From the NCBI GenBank assembly GCA_029861845.1, contig JAOTYM010000007.1, positions 2,960 through 66,959 on the forward strand: 64,000 nucleotides of DNA, given 5' to 3'. Source of the stretch: Gammaproteobacteria bacterium (GTDB taxonomy: Bacteria; Pseudomonadota; Gammaproteobacteria; Acidiferrobacterales; SPGG2). This document shows positions 17,705-27,169 of this stretch, one piece after another. The notes under the pieces were generated by a model. The model was not told where the DNA came from. It made no database searches and saw nothing but the letters and a program-made list of their open reading frames with translations. Positions within the stretch are counted from its first letter, which is position 1; each line of letters begins with the position of its first letter. The translations under genes were made by a program, and so were the position numbers.

Positions 17705-18997
17705 CTACCAGTTGTATCCCCTTTCGTCGTGCAATGCGAGGTCTAAACCTTCAGTCTCGAATTCTTCGCTCACGCGCAACCCCATCGTCAGATCCAGCGT
17801 CTTTAAGATAACGAAACTAACGACACCCGTATAGGCAATGGTGCTCACGACGCCGAGGAGCTGCACACCCAGTTGCTGGCCGATGCCATCGATGCCGTCA
17901 CCAAAACCAGCGCCGCCGAGCGACTGCGCGCAGAACACACCGGTCAATAAAGCACCGACGATACCCCCGACGGCGTGTACACCGAATACGTCGAGTGAAT
18001 CATCATAACCGAATGCATGCTTAATCTTGGTGGAAGCGATAAAAGCGCCAACCCCAGCAGCGGCGCCGATAAGCAATGCGCCCATGGGCCCGACCGAACC
18101 CGAGGCTGGTGTGATGGCGACAAGACCGGCCACCGCCCCCGAGGCGATGCCGAGTACACTGGGTTTACCATGCCCCATCCACTCGCCAAACATCCACGCC
18201 AGCGCCGCCCCTGCCGTTGCGATCTGAGTAACCGCCATGGCCATACCAGCGGTGCCGTCGGCGGCGAGCTCACTGCCGGCGTTAAAACCAAACCAACCGA
18301 CCCACAACATTGATGCACCGACTACCGTCAGCGCCAAGTTGTGCGGCGGCATCGCCGTCCGCGGATAGCCCTTGCGCCTACCAAGAACCAAGGCAGCCAC
18401 AAGACCGGCAGTTCCGGCATTGATATGCACAACCGTGCCCCCGGCAAAATCGAGTATCCCCTTGTTACCAAGCCAGCCCCCATCACCCCACACCCAATGG
18501 GTGATGGGCGCGTAAACCAGCGTGAGCCAGATCGCCATGAACAGTAGCATGGCGGAAAACTTCATGCGTTCGGCAAATGCGCCTACGATCAGTGCTGGCG
18601 TTATGATGGCAAACGTCATTTGAAAGGTCATGAAAACGGATTCGGGTATCGTGCCGCTCAGGGTATCGACCCCCACACCTCTCAAAAAGGCCTTGCTCAG
18701 GCCGCCCCAATAAACACCCTCGCCACCAAAGGCGATAGTGTAGCCATACAACGCCCAAAGCACCGTGATGAGTGAGGTGATCGCGAAGCACTGCATCATT
18801 ACCGACAGCACATTCTTTGCGCGCACCATACCAGCATAAAAGAGCGAGAGGCCGGGTATGGTCATAAACAAAACCAGCGCGGTAGCGGTTAACATCCAGG
18901 CGGTATCACCGGCACTGAGTTCATCGGCAAAGCTAACTCCCGGCATCAACGACAACGAAAGAGCTGTAACTACTCTACTTGCGTTTAGGCGCTTCAT
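17705..18997 (-). CDS. amtB: Ammonium transporter AmtB
   Basis: 430 aa with a signal peptide. It has the Amt signature DFAGGTVVHINAG and many TM helices, and lies directly downstream of glnK. Confidence 0.93.
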   Translation of the reverse strand: MKRLNASRVVTALSLSLMPGVSFADELSAGDTAWMLTATALVLFMTIPGLSLFYAGMVRAKNVLSVMMQCFAITSLITVLWALYGYTIAFGGEGVYWGGLSKAFLRGVGVDTLSGTIPESVFMTFQMTFAIITPALIVGAFAERMKFSAMLLFMAIWLTLVYAPITHWVWGDGGWLGNKGILDFAGGTVVHINAGTAGLVAALVLGRRKGYPRTAMPPHNLALTVVGASMLWVGWFGFNAGSELAADGTAGMAMAVTQIATAGAALAWMFGEWMGHGKPSVLGIASGAVAGLVAITPASGSVGPMGALLIGAAAGVGAFIASTKIKHAFGYDDSLDVFGVHAVGGIVGALLTGVFCAQSLGGAGFGDGIDGIGQQLGVQLLGVVSTIAYTGVVSFVILKTLDLTMGLRVSEEFETEGLDLALHDERGYNW

Positions 18998-19018
18998 GAT
19001 TTCACTTCCCCCAGTTCC

Positions 19019-19369
<351 letters not shown>

Positions 19370-19429
19370 TTAGTGTTGTTAGCCCTGTCGGTTATGCTCT
19401 ACGCGGGTACAACAAGATTTGGCTAGCAT

Positions 19430-19445
19430 TGCACTTCCCGTGCCA
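19430..19445 (-). promoter_or_regulatory. Sigma-54 (-24/-12) promoter for glnK-amtB
   Basis: The minus strand reads TGGCAC-GGGAA-GTGCA (consensus TGGCAC-N5-TTGCA). It lies about 75 nt upstream of the glnK ATG. Confidence 0.6.
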
Positions 19446-19507
19446 GTAGTAATACTGGCAGGAAAACAATCACTTATGTCCCGGCGCAGCGCTCGAAGCA
19501 CAGTTAC

Positions 19508-19556
19508 TGCACCAAGCTGGACCGCAAGCGCGCCAACTGTGCACCAGGAATGTGCG
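19508..19556. promoter_or_regulatory. Two NtrC-type enhancer half-palindromes (TGCACC-N5-GGTGCA-like)
   Basis: - Site B (19540..19556) is TGCACC-aggaa-TGTGCG, matching 10/12.
- Site A (19508..19524) is TGCACC-aagct-GGACCG and is weaker.
- The centres are 32 bp apart, roughly 100 and 130 bp upstream of the sigma-54 promoter. Confidence 0.4.
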
Positions 19557-19575
19557 CCGCCGCCTGCGGTTGTTC

Positions 19576-19584
19576 TGATATAAT
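19576..19584 (+). promoter_or_regulatory. Extended -10 element TGaTATAAT for ubiK
   Basis: Read directly from the sequence, about 20 nt upstream of the ubiK ATG. Confidence 0.35.
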
Positions 19585-19602
19585 CCGGGCCAGGGATAGG
19601 CG

Positions 19603-19848
19603 ATGATTAGCGCGAAGATTCTTGATCAAGTTTCCGCCGCCGTGAGCAACGTGCTGCCGTCACAACTCTCGAGCGACGTGAAAAAGAATATGCGCGCCGC
19701 CCTGCAATCGGCGTTAGAGCGCCTAGATCTCGTGACCCGCGAGGAACTTGAGGTGCAAGAGGCAGTGCTGGCACGTACGCGCCAAAAGTTGCAGGAACTA
19801 GAAAATAAGATCACCGCACTCGAGAAACAGCTCTTAGGAAAGAAATAA
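19603..19848 (+). CDS. ubiK: Ubiquinone biosynthesis accessory factor UbiK (YqiC/BMFP coiled-coil protein)
   Basis: 81 aa. The C-terminal coiled coil LVTREELEVQEAVLARTRQKLQELE is typical of the family. It is divergent from glnK, as in Pseudomonas. Confidence 0.75.
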   Translation: MISAKILDQVSAAVSNVLPSQLSSDVKKNMRAALQSALERLDLVTREELEVQEAVLARTRQKLQELENKITALEKQLLGKK

Positions 19849-20073
19849 TCTGTCCGATCTACCGGGCATTTTATGGCGCCGTGAGTGCCACTAAACCCAC
19901 TTACTAAACTCTCCGAATCGATGTCGTCAGCTTTTCTGCAGACGCCCTGCCGGGCTGTTCGCATTTCATCGATAAAACATTCGATAAATGATTGTAATCA
20001 TGGGCGAAAGCGTCCTTCGGGTTGTTGAATTTCCAGTTTCATAGTCGTCATATTGTATTGCCTAGGGCTCGCA

Positions 20074-20083
20074 AGAATATTCT
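20074..20083. repeat. Perfect 10-bp palindrome AGAATATTCT just upstream of a TGcTAATAT extended -10 (20100..20108)
   Basis: Read directly from the sequence. It is located 70 bp upstream of the ABC substrate-binding-protein ATG, which has a GGAGG RBS at 20146..20150. Confidence 0.3.
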
Positions 20084-20153
20084 CGTTGGCAACCCTAAGT
20101 GCTAATATCGGTGGTGCACCCAAAGATCGATAACTCACCACAATTGGAGGAAA

Positions 20154-21893
20154 ATGGCGATGATACGTAAATTCGCGGTTGTAACCGCGGTTGCTGCGTT
20201 ATGCATCCAACCCGCTGCGTTCGCTGGTAAGGCGGAAGCACAAAAGTGGATAAACGACGAGTTCCAGCCAACCACCTTGTCGAAAGCCAAACAGATGGAA
20301 GAGATGGAGTGGTTCATCAAGGCAGCCGCGCCTTTCAAGGGAATGGAAATCAACGTCCTGTCTGAAACTATTCCTACTCATGAATATGAGTCGAAAACGC
20401 TCACCAAGGCATTCGAGGAAATCACCGGCATCAAGGTAAACCACCAGTTGCTGGGTGAAGGTGAAGTAGTACAAGCAGTCCAGACGCAAATGCAAACCAA
20501 CCGCAATCTGTATGACGCCTACATCAATGACTCAGACCTGATCGGCACCCACTCGCGCCTCCAGCTCGCCGTCAACCTGACCGACTGGATGGCCGGCGAG
20601 GGTAAAGACGTGACCCTGCCGACGCTGGACGTCGACGATTTTATGGGTAAGTCGTTCACCACCGGGCCGGATGGTAAGCTTTACCAGCTTCCCGACCAGC
20701 AGTTCGCCAATCTTTACTGGTTCCGCTATGACTGGTTCCAGCGCCCCGAGTTGAAGCGCAAGTTTAAGGAGATATATGGCTACGAGCTGGGCGTGCCCGT
20801 GAACTGGTCGGCCTACGAGGACATCGCCGAATTCTTCAGCGTACACGTGAAGGAGATCGACGGTGTGCGCGTATACGGCCACATGGACTATGGTAAACGT
20901 GCTCCCGACCTCGGCTGGCGCATGACCGATGCCTGGTTGTCTATGGCCGGCGCCGGCAGCAAGGGCTTGCCAAACGGAGTCCCGGTTGACGAGTGGGGCA
21001 TCCGTATGGAGAAGGGTACCTGTAATCCTGTAGGCGCATCGGTAACGCGCGGCGGTGCTGCCAATGGTCCGGCCGCGGTATACGCGATCCGCAAATGGGA
21101 CGAATGGCTGCGCAAGTATGCACCGCCCGGCGCCGCGAGCTACGACTTCTATCAGTCGCTGCCGGCGTTGTCGCAAGGAAACGTGGCGCAACAGATCTTC
21201 TGGTACACCGCGTTCACTTCGTCGATGGTCGCTCCGAAGAGCGCAGGTAACAACACGGTCGACGGCAACGGCAACCCGCTGTGGCGCATGGCGCCGTCTC
21301 CCCACGGCCCCTATTGGGAGGATGGCATGAAGCTCGGCTATCAAGACGCTGGTTCATGGACGTTGTTCAAGTCCACGCCGGTTGATCGCCGCAAGGCGGC
21401 CTGGCTGTACGCCCAGTTCACCGTGTCCAAGACCGTATCGCTGAAAAAGACCCACGTTGGTCTGACACCAATTCGCGACAGCGACATCCGGCACGCATCG
21501 TTCACCAAGCGGGCGTCCAAACTGGGTGGATTGGTCGAGTTCTATCGCTCGCCTGACCGCGTGCGTTGGTCACCGACCGGTATTAATGTGCCGGATTATC
21601 CCAAGCTCGCGCAGATCTGGTGGCAACAGATCGGTGATGTCAACTCCGGCGCATTCACGCCCCAGCAAGCCATGGACCGGCTGGCCGGTGAAATGGATCA
21701 AGTCATGGCGCGCATGCAGGCGGCCGACGAGAAGGCCGGCACCTACGGCGGCTGTGGACCGCGCCTCAATAAGGAGCGCGATGCGTCGTACTGGCTGAAG
21801 CGGCCGGGCTCGCCGAAGGCGAAAGTCAACGAAAAACCGAAAGGGCAAACGGTTGACTACGACGAGCTGGTTAAACGTTGGATGCAAAGCTGA
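20154..21893 (+). CDS. ABC transporter periplasmic substrate-binding protein (large, family-1 sugar/polyol type)
   Basis: 579 aa with the signal peptide MAMIRKFAVVTAVAALCIQPAAFA. It is the first gene of a six-gene ABC importer operon. Confidence 0.85.
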   Translation: MAMIRKFAVVTAVAALCIQPAAFAGKAEAQKWINDEFQPTTLSKAKQMEEMEWFIKAAAPFKGMEINVLSETIPTHEYESKTLTKAFEEITGIKVNHQLLGEGEVVQAVQTQMQTNRNLYDAYINDSDLIGTHSRLQLAVNLTDWMAGEGKDVTLPTLDVDDFMGKSFTTGPDGKLYQLPDQQFANLYWFRYDWFQRPELKRKFKEIYGYELGVPVNWSAYEDIAEFFSVHVKEIDGVRVYGHMDYGKRAPDLGWRMTDAWLSMAGAGSKGLPNGVPVDEWGIRMEKGTCNPVGASVTRGGAANGPAAVYAIRKWDEWLRKYAPPGAASYDFYQSLPALSQGNVAQQIFWYTAFTSSMVAPKSAGNNTVDGNGNPLWRMAPSPHGPYWEDGMKLGYQDAGSWTLFKSTPVDRRKAAWLYAQFTVSKTVSLKKTHVGLTPIRDSDIRHASFTKRASKLGGLVEFYRSPDRVRWSPTGINVPDYPKLAQIWWQQIGDVNSGAFTPQQAMDRLAGEMDQVMARMQAADEKAGTYGGCGPRLNKERDASYWLKRPGSPKAKVNEKPKGQTVDYDELVKRWMQS

Positions 21894-21925
21894 CGCATCT
21901 CACCAGTCAGTGAAGGCAAGATTGT

Positions 21926-21950
21926 GGCACGGGGGTCCATCCCCCGTGCC
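21926..21950 (+). other. Intra-operon stem-loop after the binding-protein gene
   Basis: GGCACGGGGG-tccat-CCCCCGTGCC, a perfect 10-bp stem with no T-tract. This is typical of mRNA-stabilising or attenuating hairpins after SBP genes. Confidence 0.5.
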
Positions 21951-22075
21951 GACACCAACCGCGTGCAGCCGACACGCAGCAGCCGGCAGCGTGTTTGAGA
22001 ACGTGTGGCGCTAACGGCGTAAGCGTATTAATTGCCTAGCACTGAGTGCGTGACGGACGCGTCCGGACGGTTGCC

Positions 22076-23143
22076 ATGGGAATTGAGCTTAGGAAAGTAA
22101 GCAAACAGGTCGGCGCCGAGACATATATCTACGAAACCAACCTCTCGCTAGAGAAAGGCGGCTTCAACGTATTATTGGGTACGGCCCTCTCCGGCAAAAC
22201 AACCCTGATGCGACTGATGGCCGGGCTCGAACCTCCTACCACGGGAGAACTGTGGTTCGACGGTGAAAATGTAACCGGTGTGCCGGTACAGAAGCGCAGC
22301 GTGGCGATGGTATACCAGCAATTCATCAACTACCCGAACTTTTCCGTCTTCGACAACATTGCCTCGCCTTTGCGTGTGGCGAGGATACCTGCCGGCGAGC
22401 TCAGGCAACGGGTGGAACGCATTGCCGAATTGCTACGGCTCACACCGATGCTGCAGCGATTTCCCAACGAACTGTCGGGTGGACAACAGCAGCGAACCGC
22501 CCTGGCACGTGCGCTGGTCAAAAACGCGCCGCTGGTACTCCTGGACGAACCGCTTGCGAACCTGGACTACAAACTGCGCGAAGAACTGCGAGACGAGTTG
22601 CCAAAGTTATTTAAGGGCACTGGCGCAACCGTGGTGTACGCGACAAGCGAACCTTTGGAAGCGCTGATGCTCGCTGGCAACACCGCAACGCTGCATGAAG
22701 GTCGGGTAACCCAGTACGGCCCAACCGCGAAGATTTACCGGACACCCAACACCCTATTGAGCGCGCAGGTGTTCTCAGACCCACCGATCAATACGGCTAA
22801 CGTGAACAAGAAAGGTGACACCTTTCATCTAACCGACGCTGTTAGTTGGCGGGTGCCGAACGGGTTTGCAGGCCTAGGTGACGGCAGCTACACCATGGGC
22901 ATTCGTCCGCATCACCTGACGCTTGGTACGGCACCGAAGAACGCTGTGAAAGTGTGCGCTACGGTTCTGGTAGCGGAGATAAGTGGGTCCGAGAGTGTCG
23001 TGCACGTCAACGTCGAAGGAAACAATTGGGTTTCGGAATCGCATGGCGTTCATCCGTACAAGGTCGGTGATTCGGTCGAGTTGTTCATAAGCGTGGAACG
23101 CTGCCTGTATTTCGGAAGCGACGGTCAGCTGCTTACAGGCTGA
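22076..23143 (+). CDS. ABC transporter ATP-binding protein 1 (deviant Walker A, H-loop His missing)
   Basis: The ORF is open from 22046, but the likely start is MGIELRKV at 22076. Walker A is GTALSGKTT, the Q-loop is VYQQF, the signature is LSGGQQQR, Walker B is LVLLDEP, and the H-loop position reads YATSEP. Confidence 0.88.
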   Translation: MGIELRKVSKQVGAETYIYETNLSLEKGGFNVLLGTALSGKTTLMRLMAGLEPPTTGELWFDGENVTGVPVQKRSVAMVYQQFINYPNFSVFDNIASPLRVARIPAGELRQRVERIAELLRLTPMLQRFPNELSGGQQQRTALARALVKNAPLVLLDEPLANLDYKLREELRDELPKLFKGTGATVVYATSEPLEALMLAGNTATLHEGRVTQYGPTAKIYRTPNTLLSAQVFSDPPINTANVNKKGDTFHLTDAVSWRVPNGFAGLGDGSYTMGIRPHHLTLGTAPKNAVKVCATVLVAEISGSESVVHVNVEGNNWVSESHGVHPYKVGDSVELFISVERCLYFGSDGQLLTG

Positions 23144-23195
23144 GTAGCAACCGCTAACAGATTTATGAGTTACCGTACTCGGAGAGAGTATCGGC

Positions 23196-24263
23196 ATGGC
23201 AAAAATAGCGCTAGAGCACATTAAACATAGTTATTCGACCCAGCTCAGCGGTCCCCAAGAGTGGGCCCTCAAAGAGGTCGACACGGTATGGGCCGATGGT
23301 GGGGCTTATGCGTTACTGGGACCGTCCGGTTGCGGCAAAACCACGTTGCTTAACATCATTTCGGGCTTAATCATACCCTCCCAGGGGCGTGTCTTGTTCG
23401 ATGACAGCGATGTCACGAGCACACCAACTATCGATCGTCATATCGCTCAGGTTTTTCAGTTTCCGGTGGTCTACGACACCATGACCGTGTACGACAACCT
23501 CGCGTTTCCGTTACGAAACCGGGGCGTTGCTGAAGATAAGATAAGCGCGCGCGTGCGAGAAATCGCAAGAATGCTAGAGCTGGAAGGTCTGTTGCATCGA
23601 CGAGCGTCCGGACTCACCGCCGACGGCAAGCAAAAGATCTCGCTAGGACGGGGACTTGTAAGAGAAAACGTCAACGTAATCATGTTCGATGAACCGCTAA
23701 CGGTTATCGATCCGCACCTCAAATGGTTGTTGCGTTCCAAGCTCAAGGAACTGCATCAGCAAGTAGGCGCGACTATGATTTACGTCACGCACGACCAAAC
23801 GGAGGCGCTCACGTTCGCCGATTGGGTCGTCGTTATGTACGACGGAACGGTTGTGCAGATTGGAACACCAGTCGAATTGTTCGAACATCCACAGCACACA
23901 TTTGTCGGCCACTTCATAGGCTCTCCCGGGATGAATGTTTTGCCCTGCGAAGTAAGCGACGGCACCGTACGACTGTTCGGCAACAAAATCGATACTGCCT
24001 CTAGCCTGCTTCCCGACCCGGACAAAGGCACGATCGAGATCGGTGTGCGTCCGGAGTTCGTTCGTTTCGATGCCGAGGGATTCCTAGTGGAAATCATCAA
24101 AGTCGACGACCTGGGGCGCTATCAGATCGTCGAAGCGCGTCATGAAGATCACACGATAAAAATGATCGCGGGAGAGGATGTCGAGATCCCTTCGGAAAGC
24201 CCTCGCATCACGTTTGATCCGCACAACACCCGACTCTATGCGGATGGCTGGGTCGTTGACTAA
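23196..24263 (+). CDS. ABC transporter ATP-binding protein 2 (canonical Walker A/H-loop, degenerate signature)
   Basis: 355 aa. Walker A is GPSGCGKTT, the signature position reads LTADGKQK, Walker B is VIMFDEP and the H-loop is YVTHDQ. Confidence 0.88.
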   Translation: MAKIALEHIKHSYSTQLSGPQEWALKEVDTVWADGGAYALLGPSGCGKTTLLNIISGLIIPSQGRVLFDDSDVTSTPTIDRHIAQVFQFPVVYDTMTVYDNLAFPLRNRGVAEDKISARVREIARMLELEGLLHRRASGLTADGKQKISLGRGLVRENVNVIMFDEPLTVIDPHLKWLLRSKLKELHQQVGATMIYVTHDQTEALTFADWVVVMYDGTVVQIGTPVELFEHPQHTFVGHFIGSPGMNVLPCEVSDGTVRLFGNKIDTASSLLPDPDKGTIEIGVRPEFVRFDAEGFLVEIIKVDDLGRYQIVEARHEDHTIKMIAGEDVEIPSESPRITFDPHNTRLYADGWVVD

Positions 24264-24277
24264 AGGGGCGCTACACC

Positions 24278-25144
24278 ATGATCGAAAAAACTGCAAATAA
24301 GAAAGCGTGGCTGTTCGTAACCCCGGTTGTCGCGCTGGTTGCGTTCAACGCACTCATACCACTAATGACGGTTGTCAATTACTCGGTGCAAGAAACATTC
24401 GGCGACAACGTTTTCTTCTGGGAGGGTGTCAAATGGTTCGAGCAGGTGCTGAATTCGGAGCGGTTTCACGAATCTTTTCTCAGGCAGATGGCTTTCACCG
24501 GCATGATCCTGGTCATCCAGGTGCCGTTGGGTATTGCGGTAGCGCTGACCATGCCGCGTAAAGGACCTTGGGTTTCTGTCTGTTTGGTATTGATGGCGCT
24601 GCCATTGTTGATCCCCTGGAACGTGGTCGGTGCCATGTGGAACATATTCGCGCTGCCAGATGCCGGTCTGCTGGGGCGCATGATCAACGGCCTCGGCATC
24701 GACTACAACTTTACCCAGCAGCCGGTCGCCGCATGGCTCACTACAGTTGTGATGGACGTGTGGCACTGGACATCGCTGGTGGTGTTGCTGGCGTACGCTG
24801 GGCTCCGTTCGATACCCGATGCTTACTATCAGGCCGCTAAGATCGACGGCGCCAGCGCCTGGGCCGTGTTTCGCCATATTCAGCTACCCAAAATGAAGCA
24901 CGTACTTACTATCGCGATCCTGTTGCGTTTCATGGACAGCTTCATGATTTACACCGAGCCGTTCGTTTTGACGGGAGGTGGTCCCGGTAACACGACGACA
25001 TTCCTATCGATCGATCTCGTGAAGATTGCGTTAGGTCAGTTCGATCTGGGGCCAGCTGCGGCGATGTCATTAATTTATTTTCTGGTTGTGTTGTTGGTGT
25101 GCTGGGTTTTCTACACCCTGATGATGCGCAGCGAGAAGCAATGA
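24278..25144 (+). CDS. ABC transporter permease (MalF/UgpA-like)
   Basis: 288 aa with six predicted TM helices. The EAA-type loop is YQAAKIDGASAWAVFRHIQLP. Confidence 0.88.
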   Translation: MIEKTANKKAWLFVTPVVALVAFNALIPLMTVVNYSVQETFGDNVFFWEGVKWFEQVLNSERFHESFLRQMAFTGMILVIQVPLGIAVALTMPRKGPWVSVCLVLMALPLLIPWNVVGAMWNIFALPDAGLLGRMINGLGIDYNFTQQPVAAWLTTVVMDVWHWTSLVVLLAYAGLRSIPDAYYQAAKIDGASAWAVFRHIQLPKMKHVLTIAILLRFMDSFMIYTEPFVLTGGGPGNTTTFLSIDLVKIALGQFDLGPAAAMSLIYFLVVLLVCWVFYTLMMRSEKQ

Positions 25145-25145
25145 G

Positions 25146-25946
25146 ATGAAAACTTATAAGTGGCTAGTACCGACTCTTTATATCTTGTTTCTAATGCTAC
25201 CGATCTATTGGCTGTTGAATATGTCGTTCAAAACCACCAATGAGATCCTCGGTGTGTTCTCGCTGTGGCCACAGGATATCACATTGGACAACTATGCGAA
25301 GATCTTCACCGATCCTACCTGGTACAACGGCTACTTGAATTCAATCGCTTACGTGGTAATCAACACTGTCATATCAGTGTCGGTGGCGTTGCCCGCGGCC
25401 TATGCGTTTTCGCGTTACCGCTTTCTCGGCGACAAACATCTGTTTTTCTGGCTGTTGACCAACCGCATGGCGCCGCCCGCCGTTTTTGCTTTGCCGTTCT
25501 TCCAGCTTTACTCGGCGATCGGGCTGTTCGACACACATATTGCCGTAGCTCTGGCTCACTGCTTGTTCAACATTCCATTAGCGGTGTGGATTCTCGAAGG
25601 CTTCATGTCTGGTGTGCCGAAAGAACTGGACGAAACGGCTTACCTAGATGGCTACTCTTTCTGGCGTTTCTTTTTCAAGATCTTCATGCCGACAATTGCC
25701 GCCGGTATCGGCGTAGCGGCGTTTTTCTGTTTTATGTACTCATGGGTGGAACTGCTACTCGCGAAGACTCTGACGTCGGTTGCTGCCAAGCCCATAGCCG
25801 CGACCATGACGCGCACTGCAAGCACGGCCGGTTATGAGCTCGGGCTATTGGCAGCCGCTGGAACACTAACCATTTTTCCGGGTGCATTCGTCATCTACTT
25901 CGTTCGCAACTACATCGCCAAAGGCTTTGCCCTTGGCCGTGTCTGA
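25146..25946 (+). CDS. ABC transporter permease (MalG/UgpE-like)
   Basis: 266 aa. The EAA-type loop is DETAYLDGYSFWRFFFKIFMP. There is a 1-nt gap to the preceding permease. Confidence 0.88.
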   Translation: MKTYKWLVPTLYILFLMLPIYWLLNMSFKTTNEILGVFSLWPQDITLDNYAKIFTDPTWYNGYLNSIAYVVINTVISVSVALPAAYAFSRYRFLGDKHLFFWLLTNRMAPPAVFALPFFQLYSAIGLFDTHIAVALAHCLFNIPLAVWILEGFMSGVPKELDETAYLDGYSFWRFFFKIFMPTIAAGIGVAAFFCFMYSWVELLLAKTLTSVAAKPIAATMTRTASTAGYELGLLAAAGTLTIFPGAFVIYFVRNYIAKGFALGRV

Positions 25947-25960
25947 ATTAGGAGACTGAT

Positions 25961-26242
25961 ATGGGGTTGTCGTGGATGGCATGGACCTGGCCTACTGCAG
26001 CGTTCTTCGTATTTCTGCTTTTGTGCCTAACGGCAATGGTTATCTGGGAGCGCTATGATCCCGGCGGTTCACCGCGACGGGGTGTCCTCGGGCTCGACAC
26101 CACGCGGGGTGATCGACTGTTTATTTCGTTGCTCGGCAGTGCCTTTATTTTTCTCGCTTGGCTGGCGTTCTTCGGCACGCCTTTGTGGGGCCCGTTGGTG
26201 GTCTCGATCGTCTACGGCCTCGCGGTATTCAAGTGGGTTTAG
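25961..26242 (+). CDS. Small integral membrane protein (DUF2160-like) ending the ABC operon
   Basis: 93 aa with three hydrophobic helices. Its position after the permeases matches the small membrane protein found in glycerol-type ABC clusters. Confidence 0.65.
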   Translation: MGLSWMAWTWPTAAFFVFLLLCLTAMVIWERYDPGGSPRRGVLGLDTTRGDRLFISLLGSAFIFLAWLAFFGTPLWGPLVVSIVYGLAVFKWV

Positions 26243-26250
26243 CACAAAAA

Positions 26251-26275
26251 GAAAAGCGGCCAATGGCCGCTTTTC
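26251..26275. terminator. Bidirectional rho-independent terminator
   Basis: GAAAAGCGGCC-aat-GGCCGCTTTTC, an 11-bp stem flanked by A- and T-runs. It sits between the convergent ABC operon and the cytochrome c gene. Confidence 0.8.
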
Positions 26276-26296
26276 TCACCCCCAAAAGGGATCAAT

Positions 26297-26800
26297 CTAT
26301 TGGGCTGCTTTAACCATATGATCCACCGCAGCTTTGACTGCATCATCGGTGAGACTGACATTACCGCCCTTGGCCGGCATAAAACCGACGGTGCCCGGGA
26401 AGCCGTTGATCGCATGTTCGTAGAGCGTGTCGGCCCCCTGCGCAATTCGGGGTGCCCATGCTGCCTTGTCACCGAGCTTGGGCGCCCCGGCAACACCCGC
26501 GGCATGACACACGGCACAGGCGGTATCGTAGGTAGCTTTGCCATCGACAGCGGCACTCGCTACTTGGGTCATGCCGCCGGCACTGCCTGAACTATCGGCA
26601 ACGACCAGCTGACCAACCGGGCTGATTCGTTCGCCCAATGCGTCTTTCTTTGCCTCTATCTCGGCTCTGTCTTCGGTCGGCACTTGCGCCGCCACTATCT
26701 GCGCGAGAACGAATAGAACGCAGGCTAACGCCACCAATGCGCCGAGCATTATGGCAAAGTTCTTTGCAAAAACGCGGTCACTAGTACTTACATGGGTCAT
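26297..26800 (-). CDS. Membrane-anchored class I c-type cytochrome (c5-like)
   Basis: 167 aa with an N-terminal TM anchor, the haem motif CAVCH and a distal Met region (GFMPAKGG). Confidence 0.8.
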   Translation of the reverse strand: MTHVSTSDRVFAKNFAIMLGALVALACVLFVLAQIVAAQVPTEDRAEIEAKKDALGERISPVGQLVVADSSGSAGGMTQVASAAVDGKATYDTACAVCHAAGVAGAPKLGDKAAWAPRIAQGADTLYEHAINGFPGTVGFMPAKGGNVSLTDDAVKAAVDHMVKAAQ

Positions 26801-27005
26801 GGCCGATCAATCCTTCACAGTCACAATGATAAATTACCGCCCGGTCGGGCAAATCTGAAAATAAGAACTGCAAGTATATCTGAAATTGCAGACCATCCAA
26901 TAGCACTGACCGCCCCAAAAAGGGCGAGCTCGAATAGAGAGCTATTAGGCGCCGCTACATACGTCAGATGGACGCATTTGGCGCTCGCGCGTATGCTTTG
27001 GTGGT

Positions 27006-27082
<77 letters not shown>

Positions 27083-27169
27083 AAAGTAACGCCAGGATCC
27101 GTCGCGTAAGCTAGAGTCGGTGTTAAAAGTGTAGGCAAAACAAAGACTAGTCGCTACGGCTTAATTACG

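Noticed and set aside
20532-21344. A 270-aa ORF antisense to the ABC substrate-binding-protein gene.
   Set aside because: It is Arg/Ala/Val-rich with low-complexity composition, typical of shadow frames in GC-rich coding DNA. It lies wholly inside a gene with clear family features and has no motifs of its own.
21923-21950. A TGGCAC hexamer that could be the -24 element of a sigma-54 promoter upstream of the first ATPase gene.
   Set aside because: There is no GC dinucleotide at the -12 spacing (TGGCAC-GGGGG-TCCAT). The hexamer is simply the left arm of a perfect 10-bp hairpin.
22046-22075. N-terminal extensions offered by the ORF track. Examples are ATPase 1 from 22046, mpl to 29912, MOSC to 52578, SDR to 56682 and DUF4390 from 41486.
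   Set aside because: In each case an internal ATG reproduces the conserved family N-terminus or a signal peptide, and often creates a stop/start overlap with the neighbour. The extensions are non-conserved-looking sequence.
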